Of a stretch of 64,000 bases of DNA, positions 1 to 9,497 are shown piece by piece (position 1 is the first letter of the stretch; the number at the start of each line of letters is the position of its first letter). The notes beneath the pieces were generated by a model. The model did not search any database, was not told the DNA's origin, and saw only the letters and a list, made by a program, of their open reading frames with translations. Both the position numbers and the translations under genes were made by a program. The DNA is from a virus (lineage: Duplodnaviria; Caudoviricetes), in IMG/VR virus record IMGVR_UViG_3300032269_000764, positions 6,730-70,729 of that record; one strand, written 5' to 3'.

Positions 1-64
1 GATGAGATGCTTGGTCTGGTTCAACAAACCAAGTATCTCCTAACGCTAAGTTAAGGAGTTACAA

Positions 65-430
65 ATGAAAATCCCAGAGCTAGTTTACGAAATTCGCAAC
101 TTGGCTCGCAAAGAAGAAGATCCTGTCAAAAAGGATCTTTTTTATCAATGCGCCAAATCAATGGAAATTCTTGGTAACATTGCCAAGATAGGTGATCTTA
201 TTGTAGCAGAACAAAATGGTTCTACGGGCCCTATTAAAAATACTGATGAAGAAATAAAATGGGCTATCGATGATGAATCTCTTCAAATGATGGAAGAGCA
301 CATTGAAACTTTAGTACATTATAATTTTATGGGCAAAAATGATCGTTGGCCATATGATAATCAAAATATTAAATTATTTGTTCCCAAATATTTAAAATCT
401 CAAATTGTAAATGACTCTAATATTGAGTAA
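65..430 (+). CDS. hypothetical protein (121 aa)
   Basis: Clean ORF with AAGGAG RBS at 53-58; no recognisable motif; 3' end overlaps the convergent ORF by 31 nt. Confidence 0.7.
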   Translation: MKIPELVYEIRNLARKEEDPVKKDLFYQCAKSMEILGNIAKIGDLIVAEQNGSTGPIKNTDEEIKWAIDDESLQMMEEHIETLVHYNFMGKNDRWPYDNQNIKLFVPKYLKSQIVNDSNIE

Positions 431-999
431 ATTTTTGGTGGAATAGACTTATGGCTCAAAACTGCCATGTTTGATGGCATTATTTTGAGAACATACTTAC
501 TAAAATATGGGCTTTTCTTGTAAGTTCCATATTTTCGTGTCTTTTCCATTAAAAAATGAGTGTAAATGTAGCAATTTGCGCGTTTTGCGTAAAGTTTTTT
601 GTCTATTTTAAGATTAAACTCATCAATAATTTTTAAAGCACGCTTTTCACAGTCTCTTTCCATCGCCCTAACAAGCAAAAAAGCCCTTTTCAGGGTTTTT
701 TTGTCATAATCTTTGCCATTAAACCAGTTTTCCACAATAATTCCGGCTTCATCTGATTTTTTATAGACTTCTACTTGGTTTATATACTGCAAAAAGTGTC
801 CATATTCATGGACTAAGGTTTGTAAAAAATATTGGTTGGCTCCAGCAATACGAATAACTTTTTCACATTCATGAAAATAACCTTCGCATCTGGAATTTCC
901 AGAGTTTACAAATTTTCCACGGCCAATAACAAGTTTCATTCCGTATTGTGCAAGATGTTGTCTCACAAATCTTACAAACTGATGATCGCTTTGAGCCAT
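400..999 (-). CDS. putative zinc metallopeptidase-like protein (HExxH motif)
   Basis: 199-aa ORF with TLVHEYGH (HExxH) and a downstream MERDCE acidic motif; strong GAGGAGG RBS; late box upstream. Confidence 0.6.
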   Translation of the reverse strand: MAQSDHQFVRFVRQHLAQYGMKLVIGRGKFVNSGNSRCEGYFHECEKVIRIAGANQYFLQTLVHEYGHFLQYINQVEVYKKSDEAGIIVENWFNGKDYDKKTLKRAFLLVRAMERDCEKRALKIIDEFNLKIDKKLYAKRANCYIYTHFLMEKTRKYGTYKKSPYFSKYVLKIMPSNMAVLSHKSIPPKIYSILESFTI

Positions 1000-1019
1000 G
1001 AAGCCTCCTCAGTCACTAT

Positions 1020-1027
1020 TATTTAGG
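1020..1027 (-). promoter_or_regulatory. T4-type late promoter box CCTAAATA
   Basis: Variant of the gp55 consensus TATAAATA, upstream of the HExxH gene. Confidence 0.5.
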
Positions 1028-1034
1028 GAATTGC

Positions 1035-1062
1035 TTGACAGTCAAGATATGAGATGTATATT
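1035..1062 (+). promoter_or_regulatory. sigma70-like promoter TTGACA-N16-TATATT
   Basis: Both hexamers read directly; the same architecture recurs at 8540, 34883 (minus), 34920 and 52629. Confidence 0.6.
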
Positions 1063-1092
1063 AAATCAACTTCTTATAAGAAAGGAAAGTTT

Positions 1093-1329
1093 ATGGAAAT
1101 TACTACTGTTGATCGTCCGACCAAGATTCAGAGAGTGTTTGATTTTATGCGTAATGGTACCACACTGACTGCTGGCGAGGCTCGCAAGCGTTTCCGTGTT
1201 AACAACATGCGCGCAACGATGCATGATCTCCGTGAGGCATTTGATCGTTTTGACATGAACTATGCAGTAGTTCGTGAGACGAAGAATGGTCGTTCGTACT
1301 ACCGTGTAGTCCGTAATCGGTCTCGATAA
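1093..1329 (+). CDS. small basic winged-helix DNA-binding protein (putative)
   Basis: Start moved to ATG 1093 (AAAGGA RBS); pattern KIQRVFDFM..GTTLTAGEARKRF...RATMHDLR...YYRV resembles helix-turn-helix plus wing. Confidence 0.55.
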   Translation: MEITTVDRPTKIQRVFDFMRNGTTLTAGEARKRFRVNNMRATMHDLREAFDRFDMNYAVVRETKNGRSYYRVVRNRSR

Positions 1330-1347
1330 AATTTAATAAAATTTATC

Positions 1348-1379
1348 ACAACAAAAGCCCTTTAAAGGGCTTTTGTTGT
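1348..1379. terminator. bidirectional intrinsic terminator
   Basis: Perfect palindrome ACAACAAAAGCCCTTTAAAGGGCTTTTGTTGT directly after the wHTH gene. Confidence 0.8.
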
Positions 1380-1386
1380 ATTTACG

Positions 1387-1394
1387 TATAAATA
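1387..1394 (+). promoter_or_regulatory. late promoter TATAAATA
   Basis: Exact T4 late consensus 17 nt before ATG 1412. Confidence 0.75.
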
Positions 1395-1411
1395 TATTGT
1401 GAGAACTTATT

Positions 1412-4400
1412 ATGCCTAAAAAAGCTTGTTGTTGTAAATGCTGCGCTCCGTATAATTATACAAATAATGTCGCAATGCTCGGTGACCTATTAGTTGATAG
1501 AGAATATGCTCTTGATTCTAATGGAAATTTGATAACAGATCCAGATACTGGTGGTTATAAAACAGTTAAAAATGTAAATGTATACCCAATACATCCAGAT
1601 GATGAAATCATTTTATTTCAACGTGTTGGTTCTGATGCCGTTTACAAAAGTGGTAATGAAGTAGAAAAAATTACCAATGATGGTTGTAAATGTTGTTATG
1701 GAAAAACAAAACTATATCCAACCAGAACACGAACCGTTAGACAAAAATATAAAAATATTGGGTGTGCTTGGACTTGGTATCCACCAAAATATGCTGTTAA
1801 CGGTGACCCCAATATACCACAATGTTCTGCATTTTCACTACTTGATCCTAGATTTGATTTTAGCGTTTCACATCTTTCAAACTGTTATTATCAAAAAATT
1901 TATGGAACTGATTATAGTACTGACAATATAGAGACTAGACCAAATAAATGTGACAGTTGTACACAAATATTACCTTGGGTTGCTGAAGCACATGAGAATG
2001 ATTTTAATATATGGGGAGATGTCATAACCTCTCCAATAAGGGTTCCGGGTGGACCTAATGATGAGGCTATGACGGGAAGAGCATGGCTTCCAATAGGTGG
2101 TTGGCTAACTCAATACACATCATTTTTGTATCCTTCTCATAACATCAAAGATATGACTCCGTGTTGTACTTGTTATGAAGATCCAAAAAATACATCGCCA
2201 GTTCGTTTGGTAGATCCTACTGTAAGTTGTTGGAATAAAGTGGCTAATGGTAATGAAAGTGCCAGTGACTGCGAGTGGATGGATCAATATGCGACTACGG
2301 TATTAAATCATACTCCTATGTTAACTACACGAATTATAGAAACACGTATAGCAGCACAGGGAGATGTTTTTTATTCGCCACTACAAGGTCGTACAAATTC
2401 ACAAAAAACATCAACTATATTGGGTTCTGATAATACTTTTAATATGGGTGTAAATGTACCTAAATTGGGTGGTACTGCTTTTTTTGTAAATTTTGACTTA
2501 ATTGATACATTATATAAACCATCCAGTGGAGGATTTAGACAAAATTATTGTAATTATTGTGCTATGAGTCCATATATGCGTCGATTGATGCTGACAAGTT
2601 ATCCTTGGGCTTTTGATGTGTTCTGTGCCGGTGGTGGTGATGTTAGTTCACCTGTAAAAACATATGATTTGGGTGTAAGTTACATAACTACTGGATTGGG
2701 TGATTATGGTTTATATGATTATGAACAATTGCATAGAGAAAATTTTGGTATAGCCCAAACTCCAGATACTTCAAATTACACATTTAAAATGGAACAATAC
2801 ACACCAATGCTTGGCGAGAGCACATTCTTTAGCCAATTTGTTGGAACTGTTCATTTAGAACATTACTTCCATTATATGGGTACTAATTTAGACGACGTAA
2901 ATGCTGCTGGACCTACAATTCCACCACAAACAGGATTTGGAGGAACTGGAACTAATGGATCATCCGCAAATCCAAAAGATAGATGGGGATACTGGCTTAC
3001 AAGAACTACACCTAAAATTTTTACTTATAAAAGTTCTGGAACTCCTTTATTCCAGTTTGATTTAGAATATGCAAAACGTTTGGGAATTTTTGAGGCATTT
3101 GCAGATCCAGATCAATCACAAGGATCTATTCCGATGACAGTTGAAAAATTTCTATCATACTTTAGTATGTTTAGCAATTCTATTTCAGATAATGGATTAC
3201 CAGATGGTCGTGGAAAAGGAATGTTTCCACCCGGTTGTTCGAGTGATGGACACAAATACGTTCAAATTGTTCGAGATATTTTGGGAGCCATGTGCGAAGC
3301 CGGAATTATCGGTACAAGAGATCACAGAGAAAATATCTACAATGAGATTAAACAGATAATTGAAACTGGAATGGCGAACGGTCCAAGTGGTGCATATTAT
3401 CTTCCATGGGAACCGGGATATCCGGTTCCAGTGCCACCCAGTGATTTTATTTCATTAAAACAAAAATATTATGATGCTTATGGAAGAATGTGTACTCCAG
3501 CAGAAATGTTCCCGGAGAGCGGTATTGATGGATTGGCACAATTTGCTCCAATTAGAAAAGTAATACCACCAAACTACTTGCAGTGGGGAGATCCAAGTGG
3601 TCAAGGGCAATATGGTTGGTATGGAGATGGAAAAACAGTTCCATATGGTGGACTTATTCTCTATAAGGAAAATACAGTAAATCCAGATAAAATTTTTAAA
3701 GAACACGAAACTGGATTTTATAATTGTATAACTGGAGAAATAGATCCTAGTGTTGGATCGGGATTTCCTTCAGAATATAAAATTCAAGATTTACAGTATT
3801 CAAAATACTATAATACTGATAAACAGTATAGTAAAAATGCTCCTGGTTATGTGAATAGACAATTATTTTTTAGAGCCATTCCCGGAACATGGAATTTAGT
3901 TAAATGGGGAAGCTTGTGTTTAAATATTGATGACTGCGAATATTGCAGCGGTGATTCAACGGGTTGTAGTCCATTTAATATATACGGATATGGTCCAGAT
4001 ATTACTTTCCATCCAGAAAATATGTGGTATGCACCAAATGTATTAATTAAATATTCTCCTAAGGAATCAAATTTTGATAATGGTATTTTAACTTTATGCA
4101 GCGGAATTAATCTCAATCAGGATTTAGAATCAACAAAATGCAGCGATAATGGTTATAGTGTTGGTGGTGATAGTGATCCAACTAATCCAAACAACGTTGA
4201 ATGTGGTTATCAAGGAATATGTTGGGATCCCAGTGGAGCTCCATCTTCTGTTAGATGTGTCGAAGATTGTTCGATTCCAAGTAATAGTATATGTAAAGGT
4301 CAATTTTGTTGTGGAGCACGATGTTCAGCAAGTTGTGCTCCAGCCGTAAATTTTTTATTCGATCCAAATACTACGGGAATAGATAATAAATTATGCAAAG

Positions 4401-5239
4401 ATTTATTTGGTATTACTTGCTGCCAATGTATTGGAAAATCACCAAACGATAAAATAACCTCACAAGAGTGGTCAAATATTTTGTTTGGACCATCTAAAAA
4501 ATGTAATGAATGTGGAGATGCTTGTTTTGTTAAATGTCCAGAATCACCAGAGGCATTTAGAGAATTTGGAGCGACAAATCCAGAACCAAAAAATAATTTT
4601 ATTACAAATCCATGCGACATATGTGAATGCGGTGCGAAATCGTGTCCAGTTTTGGGAGTAGGTTCATGTGATTTTAATTGTGGTTATAATGGTTTTGAAT
4701 ATCATCCCCTTGCTGTTGTATGTTCAACATCCAGTTATGGTTGGGGAAAGCAACACACAGTCGAAAATGTAAGTTGTACTATTTGCCAGTGCTCTGGAAA
4801 CAATTATTGCTATGCAAGATTTGGTGGAAAAGTACAAAAATATCAAGAAAATTTAAATACACATTTTTATTCTCCACAAGAAGATCCAAATGGAAATTTG
4901 TATTATACAGAAAATATAATAAATGTACCAGCACCTCTTCATGTATTAACACCTGATACACCAATGGGAAAAACCGTTCAAACAATTGCAGAATGTCAAA
5001 GTTCGTGTGGAGTGCCAGATCCGGGTTCAAATCCATATGCATGGTGCATATGTCAAACTCCAACTTCTGTAGGAGAAATATTATGTCCAGGTGCATTAAT
5101 GGCTGGATTCCTGAATAAGGTTGGCAATGATGGTACTTGTACATCAAATCCATTTTGGTGTAAGATTTCTAAAAGTGGTAGAATTAAATTACCACATATA
5201 ATAGATACCGATATTGATCCAGCAATATATGAATATTGA
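1412..5239 (+). CDS. large cysteine-rich protein (1275 aa), probably late/virion-associated
   Basis: Long uninterrupted ORF; about 65 Cys by hand count, in CC, CxC and CxxC clusters concentrated at both ends; late box upstream. Confidence 0.75.
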   Translation: MPKKACCCKCCAPYNYTNNVAMLGDLLVDREYALDSNGNLITDPDTGGYKTVKNVNVYPIHPDDEIILFQRVGSDAVYKSGNEVEKITNDGCKCCYGKTKLYPTRTRTVRQKYKNIGCAWTWYPPKYAVNGDPNIPQCSAFSLLDPRFDFSVSHLSNCYYQKIYGTDYSTDNIETRPNKCDSCTQILPWVAEAHENDFNIWGDVITSPIRVPGGPNDEAMTGRAWLPIGGWLTQYTSFLYPSHNIKDMTPCCTCYEDPKNTSPVRLVDPTVSCWNKVANGNESASDCEWMDQYATTVLNHTPMLTTRIIETRIAAQGDVFYSPLQGRTNSQKTSTILGSDNTFNMGVNVPKLGGTAFFVNFDLIDTLYKPSSGGFRQNYCNYCAMSPYMRRLMLTSYPWAFDVFCAGGGDVSSPVKTYDLGVSYITTGLGDYGLYDYEQLHRENFGIAQTPDTSNYTFKMEQYTPMLGESTFFSQFVGTVHLEHYFHYMGTNLDDVNAAGPTIPPQTGFGGTGTNGSSANPKDRWGYWLTRTTPKIFTYKSSGTPLFQFDLEYAKRLGIFEAFADPDQSQGSIPMTVEKFLSYFSMFSNSISDNGLPDGRGKGMFPPGCSSDGHKYVQIVRDILGAMCEAGIIGTRDHRENIYNEIKQIIETGMANGPSGAYYLPWEPGYPVPVPPSDFISLKQKYYDAYGRMCTPAEMFPESGIDGLAQFAPIRKVIPPNYLQWGDPSGQGQYGWYGDGKTVPYGGLILYKENTVNPDKIFKEHETGFYNCITGEIDPSVGSGFPSEYKIQDLQYSKYYNTDKQYSKNAPGYVNRQLFFRAIPGTWNLVKWGSLCLNIDDCEYCSGDSTGCSPFNIYGYGPDITFHPENMWYAPNVLIKYSPKESNFDNGILTLCSGINLNQDLESTKCSDNGYSVGGDSDPTNPNNVECGYQGICWDPSGAPSSVRCVEDCSIPSNSICKGQFCCGARCSASCAPAVNFLFDPNTTGIDNKLCKDLFGITCCQCIGKSPNDKITSQEWSNILFGPSKKCNECGDACFVKCPESPEAFREFGATNPEPKNNFITNPCDICECGAKSCPVLGVGSCDFNCGYNGFEYHPLAVVCSTSSYGWGKQHTVENVSCTICQCSGNNYCYARFGGKVQKYQENLNTHFYSPQEDPNGNLYYTENIINVPAPLHVLTPDTPMGKTVQTIAECQSSCGVPDPGSNPYAWCICQTPTSVGEILCPGALMAGFLNKVGNDGTCTSNPFWCKISKSGRIKLPHIIDTDIDPAIYEY

Positions 5240-5248
5240 GAATTTTAT

Positions 5249-5704
5249 ATGAATACAAATAAAACAGTAATAATCAACGGAATAAAACAACAAATAAACA
5301 CTTCTGATATTTTAGAATTAACAGATAAGCAACAGATGAAATCATGGAATGAACAACGTAAAAAAAATTATAAAAAATCAATCTCTATAAAGTTTGGTTT
5401 TTTAGAAAAACCAGTAGGCGATATTATTGATACAATTACTAAAAAAACTGGATTGAAATGGTTGATTACTAAATTATTTAAAGAATGTGGTTGTGAAAAA
5501 AGAAGACAATATTTTAATAAATGGAATTTTTATATACCATTTGTTTATATTGATAATCGATTATCTCTTCCAGAAGATTGGAAAACATCAGAACTTGTTA
5601 CTATTGATTTAAAAGATTCAAATCATAAAGAACACAAACCATTATCCCGTAACTTGGTAAGAAATCCAAAAAGATCTTGTAATTGTGGTGCAAAAAATAA
5701 ATAA
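5249..5704 (+). CDS. small basic protein with CGC/CxC motifs (151 aa)
   Basis: GDIIDTITKKTG...ECGCEKRRQYFN and C-terminal SCNCG; directly downstream of the Cys-rich giant. Confidence 0.7.
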   Translation: MNTNKTVIINGIKQQINTSDILELTDKQQMKSWNEQRKKNYKKSISIKFGFLEKPVGDIIDTITKKTGLKWLITKLFKECGCEKRRQYFNKWNFYIPFVYIDNRLSLPEDWKTSELVTIDLKDSNHKEHKPLSRNLVRNPKRSCNCGAKNK

Positions 5705-5706
5705 AA

Positions 5707-5991
5707 TTATACAGCAATCCATTGATATGAATCACCATCATAAAAATAAATATAACTAATTCCCGAATCAGCAACCCAAATTTGATTTTCTTTCGGATTT
5801 ACTGGTGGTAAAGATCCCTTAAAAGGTTCTGTATTGTTTAAATATTTCCAACTTGTTGGATCTTGTATTGGACTTTTTTGATTTAATTTAGTTGCTCTGT
5901 ATAATTTACCTTGATATGTAACAATATCTCCTATGGAATAAGTACTTGATATTCCATTAGCATTATTAAATTTAAACTGTCCTTTAAACAT
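5707..5991 (-). CDS. small protein with CBM5/12-like (chitin-binding-type) motif, likely virion accessory
   Basis: YSIGDIVTYQGKLYRA...W matches the CBM5/12 pattern; the C-terminal half resembles a module in the 60092 fibre protein. Confidence 0.55.
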   Translation of the reverse strand: MFKGQFKFNNANGISSTYSIGDIVTYQGKLYRATKLNQKSPIQDPTSWKYLNNTEPFKGSLPPVNPKENQIWVADSGISYIYFYDGDSYQWIAV

Positions 5992-5993
5992 GT

Positions 5994-7277
5994 TTAATTT
6001 GATAGAGATATTGTAACAGTCAATTGTGTGGGCCCATCAAATAAACAGTACAACGTTTTGGGCAATGAAGAACTATAAATTAAAAGTATATAACTTTGAT
6101 CAAAACCCGGAACACCAGAACGATAATATGATGTTGCAAGTTTTTGCGACAAATTTAAATCAGAGAATAGATCGACAGACCATCCCTGCAGCGATGGATG
6201 GCTCAAATCAATTTTTAAATTATTTGGACCAAAAGATATACTCGAAATCGCACTTGATGTAGAGCTGTAAGATCTGTTTGTATATACCGCATATGGAGAA
6301 GTATTTACATTATTTGTTGTGGTTGTCGTCTGTGCAATTGAAAAATAAATGCTATTTGAATATGCAAGAGTTTTGTTTCCATTATTAGCATATGAATAAC
6401 TCTCGACAAAGTTACCACAACTTTGACAGGGAAGCCAATAACCGTAATACGTACTTCCCTGTGCTCTTAAAAATGTTTGATATTCATTTTGATTGTCAAA
6501 ACAATCATATTTGATCAAATTTTGATCATACAGAGTAAATGCACCCAAAGCAGATTGTGATTTAGAAATCATAGACACATCTGATAAACCACGAATATAA
6601 TAATTTAGTGTTGTCGCTGTAGTAAATCTATTTTCATTTGTTAAAGATACAGTTGTATATAAAAGCTCAGTATTATCTTTTAATTTTAAAATTCCATAAA
6701 TTTTTAAACGACCCGAATTTAAAGTAGAACCACTGATTTCAATATATTCTTCAAAATTAAAAACAGAACCAAGTACACCAGAATTGCTAAAAGATGTATT
6801 ATTTTTATTGGGTAGTGAATGTATTATATAGTTTGCTGCGGTAGATCCACCTGTATAACCTAAAGTAAACTGCAATGGTTTTGTAAAATTTGATTTATCA
6901 AAAAAATTGTATGTTGTTATCCCTGTAAACCCAGAAACTATTTTTCCAATAATAGTTTTTGTATTATTAAAAGTAGATGAATAGGTGAAAGTACCACCAA
7001 CATTTGTTCTTATATTTTTAACTTCATCATAATATTCTATTGGATCAATATATACAGTTGTTCCAGCAGGAATGGTTGAAAATATTTTTTTCAATAACGT
7101 TCTATCAGATGTATCATATGTATCAGTATAATCAAGATAGCAGGTTGATCCACTTAGCAAAATATTTGGAGGAGTATTCATCCACCCATTTGCATAGCAC
7201 GGATCCAATGTCGATCCTTGCAACACGATTCCCGTGTTTACAATACTTCTAACATTGTTTAAAGTAAATAAAGACAT
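5994..7277 (-). CDS. putative virion structural protein (427 aa, Ser/Thr/Tyr-rich beta-type)
   Basis: Long ORF in the late-box operon beginning at 8237; composition like the other structural genes. Confidence 0.6.
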   Translation of the reverse strand: MSLFTLNNVRSIVNTGIVLQGSTLDPCYANGWMNTPPNILLSGSTCYLDYTDTYDTSDRTLLKKIFSTIPAGTTVYIDPIEYYDEVKNIRTNVGGTFTYSSTFNNTKTIIGKIVSGFTGITTYNFFDKSNFTKPLQFTLGYTGGSTAANYIIHSLPNKNNTSFSNSGVLGSVFNFEEYIEISGSTLNSGRLKIYGILKLKDNTELLYTTVSLTNENRFTTATTLNYYIRGLSDVSMISKSQSALGAFTLYDQNLIKYDCFDNQNEYQTFLRAQGSTYYGYWLPCQSCGNFVESYSYANNGNKTLAYSNSIYFSIAQTTTTTNNVNTSPYAVYTNRSYSSTSSAISSISFGPNNLKIDLSHPSLQGWSVDLFSDLNLSQKLATSYYRSGVPGFDQSYILLIYSSSLPKTLYCLFDGPTQLTVTISLSN

Positions 7278-7280
7278 TTA

Positions 7281-8237
7281 TTAAGATGCAAGATAAGTTA
7301 TTACTTGTGTTCCAGAATTAGATTGAATCCAAATTTTATTTGTGTTGACAATATTTAAGAAAACTGAATCTCCGGGATCCATGGCAAATCCAACAGATGA
7401 CCCGGTAAAAGATCCGGTATTACCGATATAGATTAAATCTGTATTTGTTGATAGAGCTTTTAGATTCACGCCGCTGCTAGCACTAAATCCAACAGCATCG
7501 AGTTGTGAAACAGAAACTGTTGCGCTAACTCTGCTATTTTTGAAAGAGGATGGTCTGGTAACCGCAAACCCTCCAAGATCTGCACGTAAACCAACTACCT
7601 GACCATAGATTGCAGTCATTCCATTAGTTATGTTCGTATCATTGATTCCAACTGTATTACCTACGGTGACAGCAACGGCAGTTGCACCAGATAGACCCAC
7701 AACAGTAACCGTCGAAGGAATTGTTGCAGAAATGGTTGCTCCGGATATGTTAACATTAAGAGCACCATTTGAAACGGTTGCAAAATTTCCACCAGTGCCT
7801 GCAATGTTTACATAAACATAAGTTGATCCTGCAGGACCATATACAGAGATAGCGTCATTTGTTTTATTGATATATCGGCCACCAGTAACCTCTACTTGTG
7901 CACCTGTAGCAGTTCTGACATATACAGGCGCACCAGTCAATCCTGATACAGATACAGTTCCTGAAACTGGAACGGCTGTTCCGCTTGGTGTTCCTTGAAT
8001 TGTAATTGTTCCGGTGAATCCAGAAATTGTAGCCGTCATTCCACCCGCTACGCTAACTGGAAGTGGATTGGCGGATGTTACTGGTGTTCCAGTTCCAGTA
8101 ACACCATACATTAACTTAAAATATTGTGTATAGTACGTATATCCACCGGGATCCAAAATTGAATCTGCACCGATGAATACTGTTGCTCCGCTGTTCAACC
8201 CAATATAATTGCTTCCGTAATATGGTGAAATTGCCAT
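7281..8237 (-). CDS. putative virion structural/fibre-associated protein (318 aa, Gly/Thr/Val-rich)
   Basis: Repeated GxTG/VSG motifs; exact TATAAATA on the minus strand upstream; AAGGA RBS. Confidence 0.6.
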   Translation of the reverse strand: MAISPYYGSNYIGLNSGATVFIGADSILDPGGYTYYTQYFKLMYGVTGTGTPVTSANPLPVSVAGGMTATISGFTGTITIQGTPSGTAVPVSGTVSVSGLTGAPVYVRTATGAQVEVTGGRYINKTNDAISVYGPAGSTYVYVNIAGTGGNFATVSNGALNVNISGATISATIPSTVTVVGLSGATAVAVTVGNTVGINDTNITNGMTAIYGQVVGLRADLGGFAVTRPSSFKNSRVSATVSVSQLDAVGFSASSGVNLKALSTNTDLIYIGNTGSFTGSSVGFAMDPGDSVFLNIVNTNKIWIQSNSGTQVITYLAS

Positions 8238-8258
8238 TTTTGATCCTTATGTCTAGAA

Positions 8259-8266
8259 TATTTATA
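8259..8266 (-). promoter_or_regulatory. late promoter TATAAATA
   Basis: Exact consensus on the minus strand upstream of 8237. Confidence 0.7.
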
Positions 8267-8313
8267 TTATATTATTTATTGGATTTTGGAGGAATGTGAT
8301 ATAAAATAACCAT

Positions 8314-8547
8314 ATGTACATCGATGATTTAGCAAAAGAACAATTTTCAAACAAAGTAATATCAAGAGTTTCATTAACTAAAATGAGTTTTATGGATTGT
8401 ATTTTAGAAATTACAGAGGAGATGGGTTTGGATCCCTCAGCCTCAGCAAAACTCTTAACAAAACCAATAATTGAAAAGTTAGAACAAGAAGCAAAAAATT
8501 TGCACCTATTAAAAAAGGGAAAAACCAAAAAGTTACCTCTTGACTGA
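8314..8547 (+). CDS. gp33: late transcription co-activator gp33
   Basis: 77 aa; FSNKV...MSFMDCILEITEEMGLD...AKLL.KPIIEKLEQEAKNLHLL fits gp33; adjacent to gp32. Confidence 0.85.
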   Translation: MYIDDLAKEQFSNKVISRVSLTKMSFMDCILEITEEMGLDPSASAKLLTKPIIEKLEQEAKNLHLLKKGKTKKLPLD

Positions 8548-8567
8548 TTTGTATTGGGTTATATATT
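8540..8567 (+). promoter_or_regulatory. sigma70-like promoter TTGACT-N16-TATATT for gp32
   Basis: Hexamers read directly upstream of gp32. Confidence 0.55.
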
Positions 8568-8612
8568 AATAGAACACTAGGCCGAGGGAGATCCTCGGGG
8601 AAAGAAGATACT

Positions 8613-9470
8613 ATGTCGAATTTTGCAGATTTCAAGAAGAAGAGTAAGAACTCAGTCGCATCTCTAACCGAGCGTTTGGATAAACTTACATCCAAAGAAG
8701 GATATAAGGATGAACGCATGTGGAAGCCGGGAATCGATAAAGCCGGTAACGGATATGCAGTAATCCGATTCTTGCCAGAAATTCAAGGTGAAGATGCACC
8801 GTTTGTGGCTCTTTATAGCCATGCATTTAAGGGTAAGGGTGGATGGATGTTTGAGAATTGCCCAACCACGCTAGGTGAGAAGTGCCCAGTATGTCAGGCC
8901 AATACAGAACTGTGGAATAGTGGTATTGAAGATGATAAGAATATTGCACGTAATCGTAAGCGTAAGTTGGCTTACATCTCAAATATTCTTGTTCTTGAGG
9001 ATCCTGCTAATCCAGAGAATAAGGGAAAGGTATTTCTATACCAGTATGGCACTAAGATCTTCCAAAAGATCCAGAGCCTTGCTCATCCAGAATATCAGGA
9101 TGAGGTTGCAGTCGATCCATTTAACTTCTGGACTGGTGCAGACTTCAAGATCAAGATTCGTAATGTCGGTGGGTATGTAAACTATGATCGTTCAGAGTTT
9201 GCAGCACCCGCACCACTACTTGGTGGTGATGACAAGAAACTTGAGGAACTTTGGAAGAAGCAGTATTCTCTCAAGGAGTTTACCGACAAGAGCCAGTTCA
9301 AGAGTTATGATGAACTGAATGCACGTTACAAGAAGGCTGTCGGAGATGATGTTCGCGCACAGTTTACCGAATCCAAGAACATCGAAGATGATGTTTCAAA
9401 TCCGGTACAGTCTGAAGACATTGAGGAAAAGGATCCTCTAAAGTACTTCTCTGAAATGGAGAATGATTGA
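8613..9470 (+). CDS. gp32: single-stranded DNA-binding protein gp32
   Basis: DERMWKP..DKAGNGYAVIRFLP, ENCPTTLGEKCPVC, FNFWTGADFKIKIR, NYDRSEF; acidic tail. Confidence 0.97.
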   Translation: MSNFADFKKKSKNSVASLTERLDKLTSKEGYKDERMWKPGIDKAGNGYAVIRFLPEIQGEDAPFVALYSHAFKGKGGWMFENCPTTLGEKCPVCQANTELWNSGIEDDKNIARNRKRKLAYISNILVLEDPANPENKGKVFLYQYGTKIFQKIQSLAHPEYQDEVAVDPFNFWTGADFKIKIRNVGGYVNYDRSEFAAPAPLLGGDDKKLEELWKKQYSLKEFTDKSQFKSYDELNARYKKAVGDDVRAQFTESKNIEDDVSNPVQSEDIEEKDPLKYFSEMEND

Positions 9471-9497
9471 AAAAGCCCCCGAAAGGGGGCTTTTTTT
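9471..9497. terminator. bidirectional intrinsic terminator
   Basis: AAAAGCCCCC-GAAA-GGGGGCTTTTTTT between convergent genes. Confidence 0.9.

Noticed and set aside
5237-5251. In-frame TGA between the 1275-aa Cys-rich ORF and the 151-aa ORF (TGA GAA TTT TAT ATG), suggesting readthrough or selenocysteine
   Set aside because: A one-in-three coincidence. The spacer resembles the GAGA-type RBS used before other starts (1412, 34962, 56591), and no SECIS-like hairpin is evident
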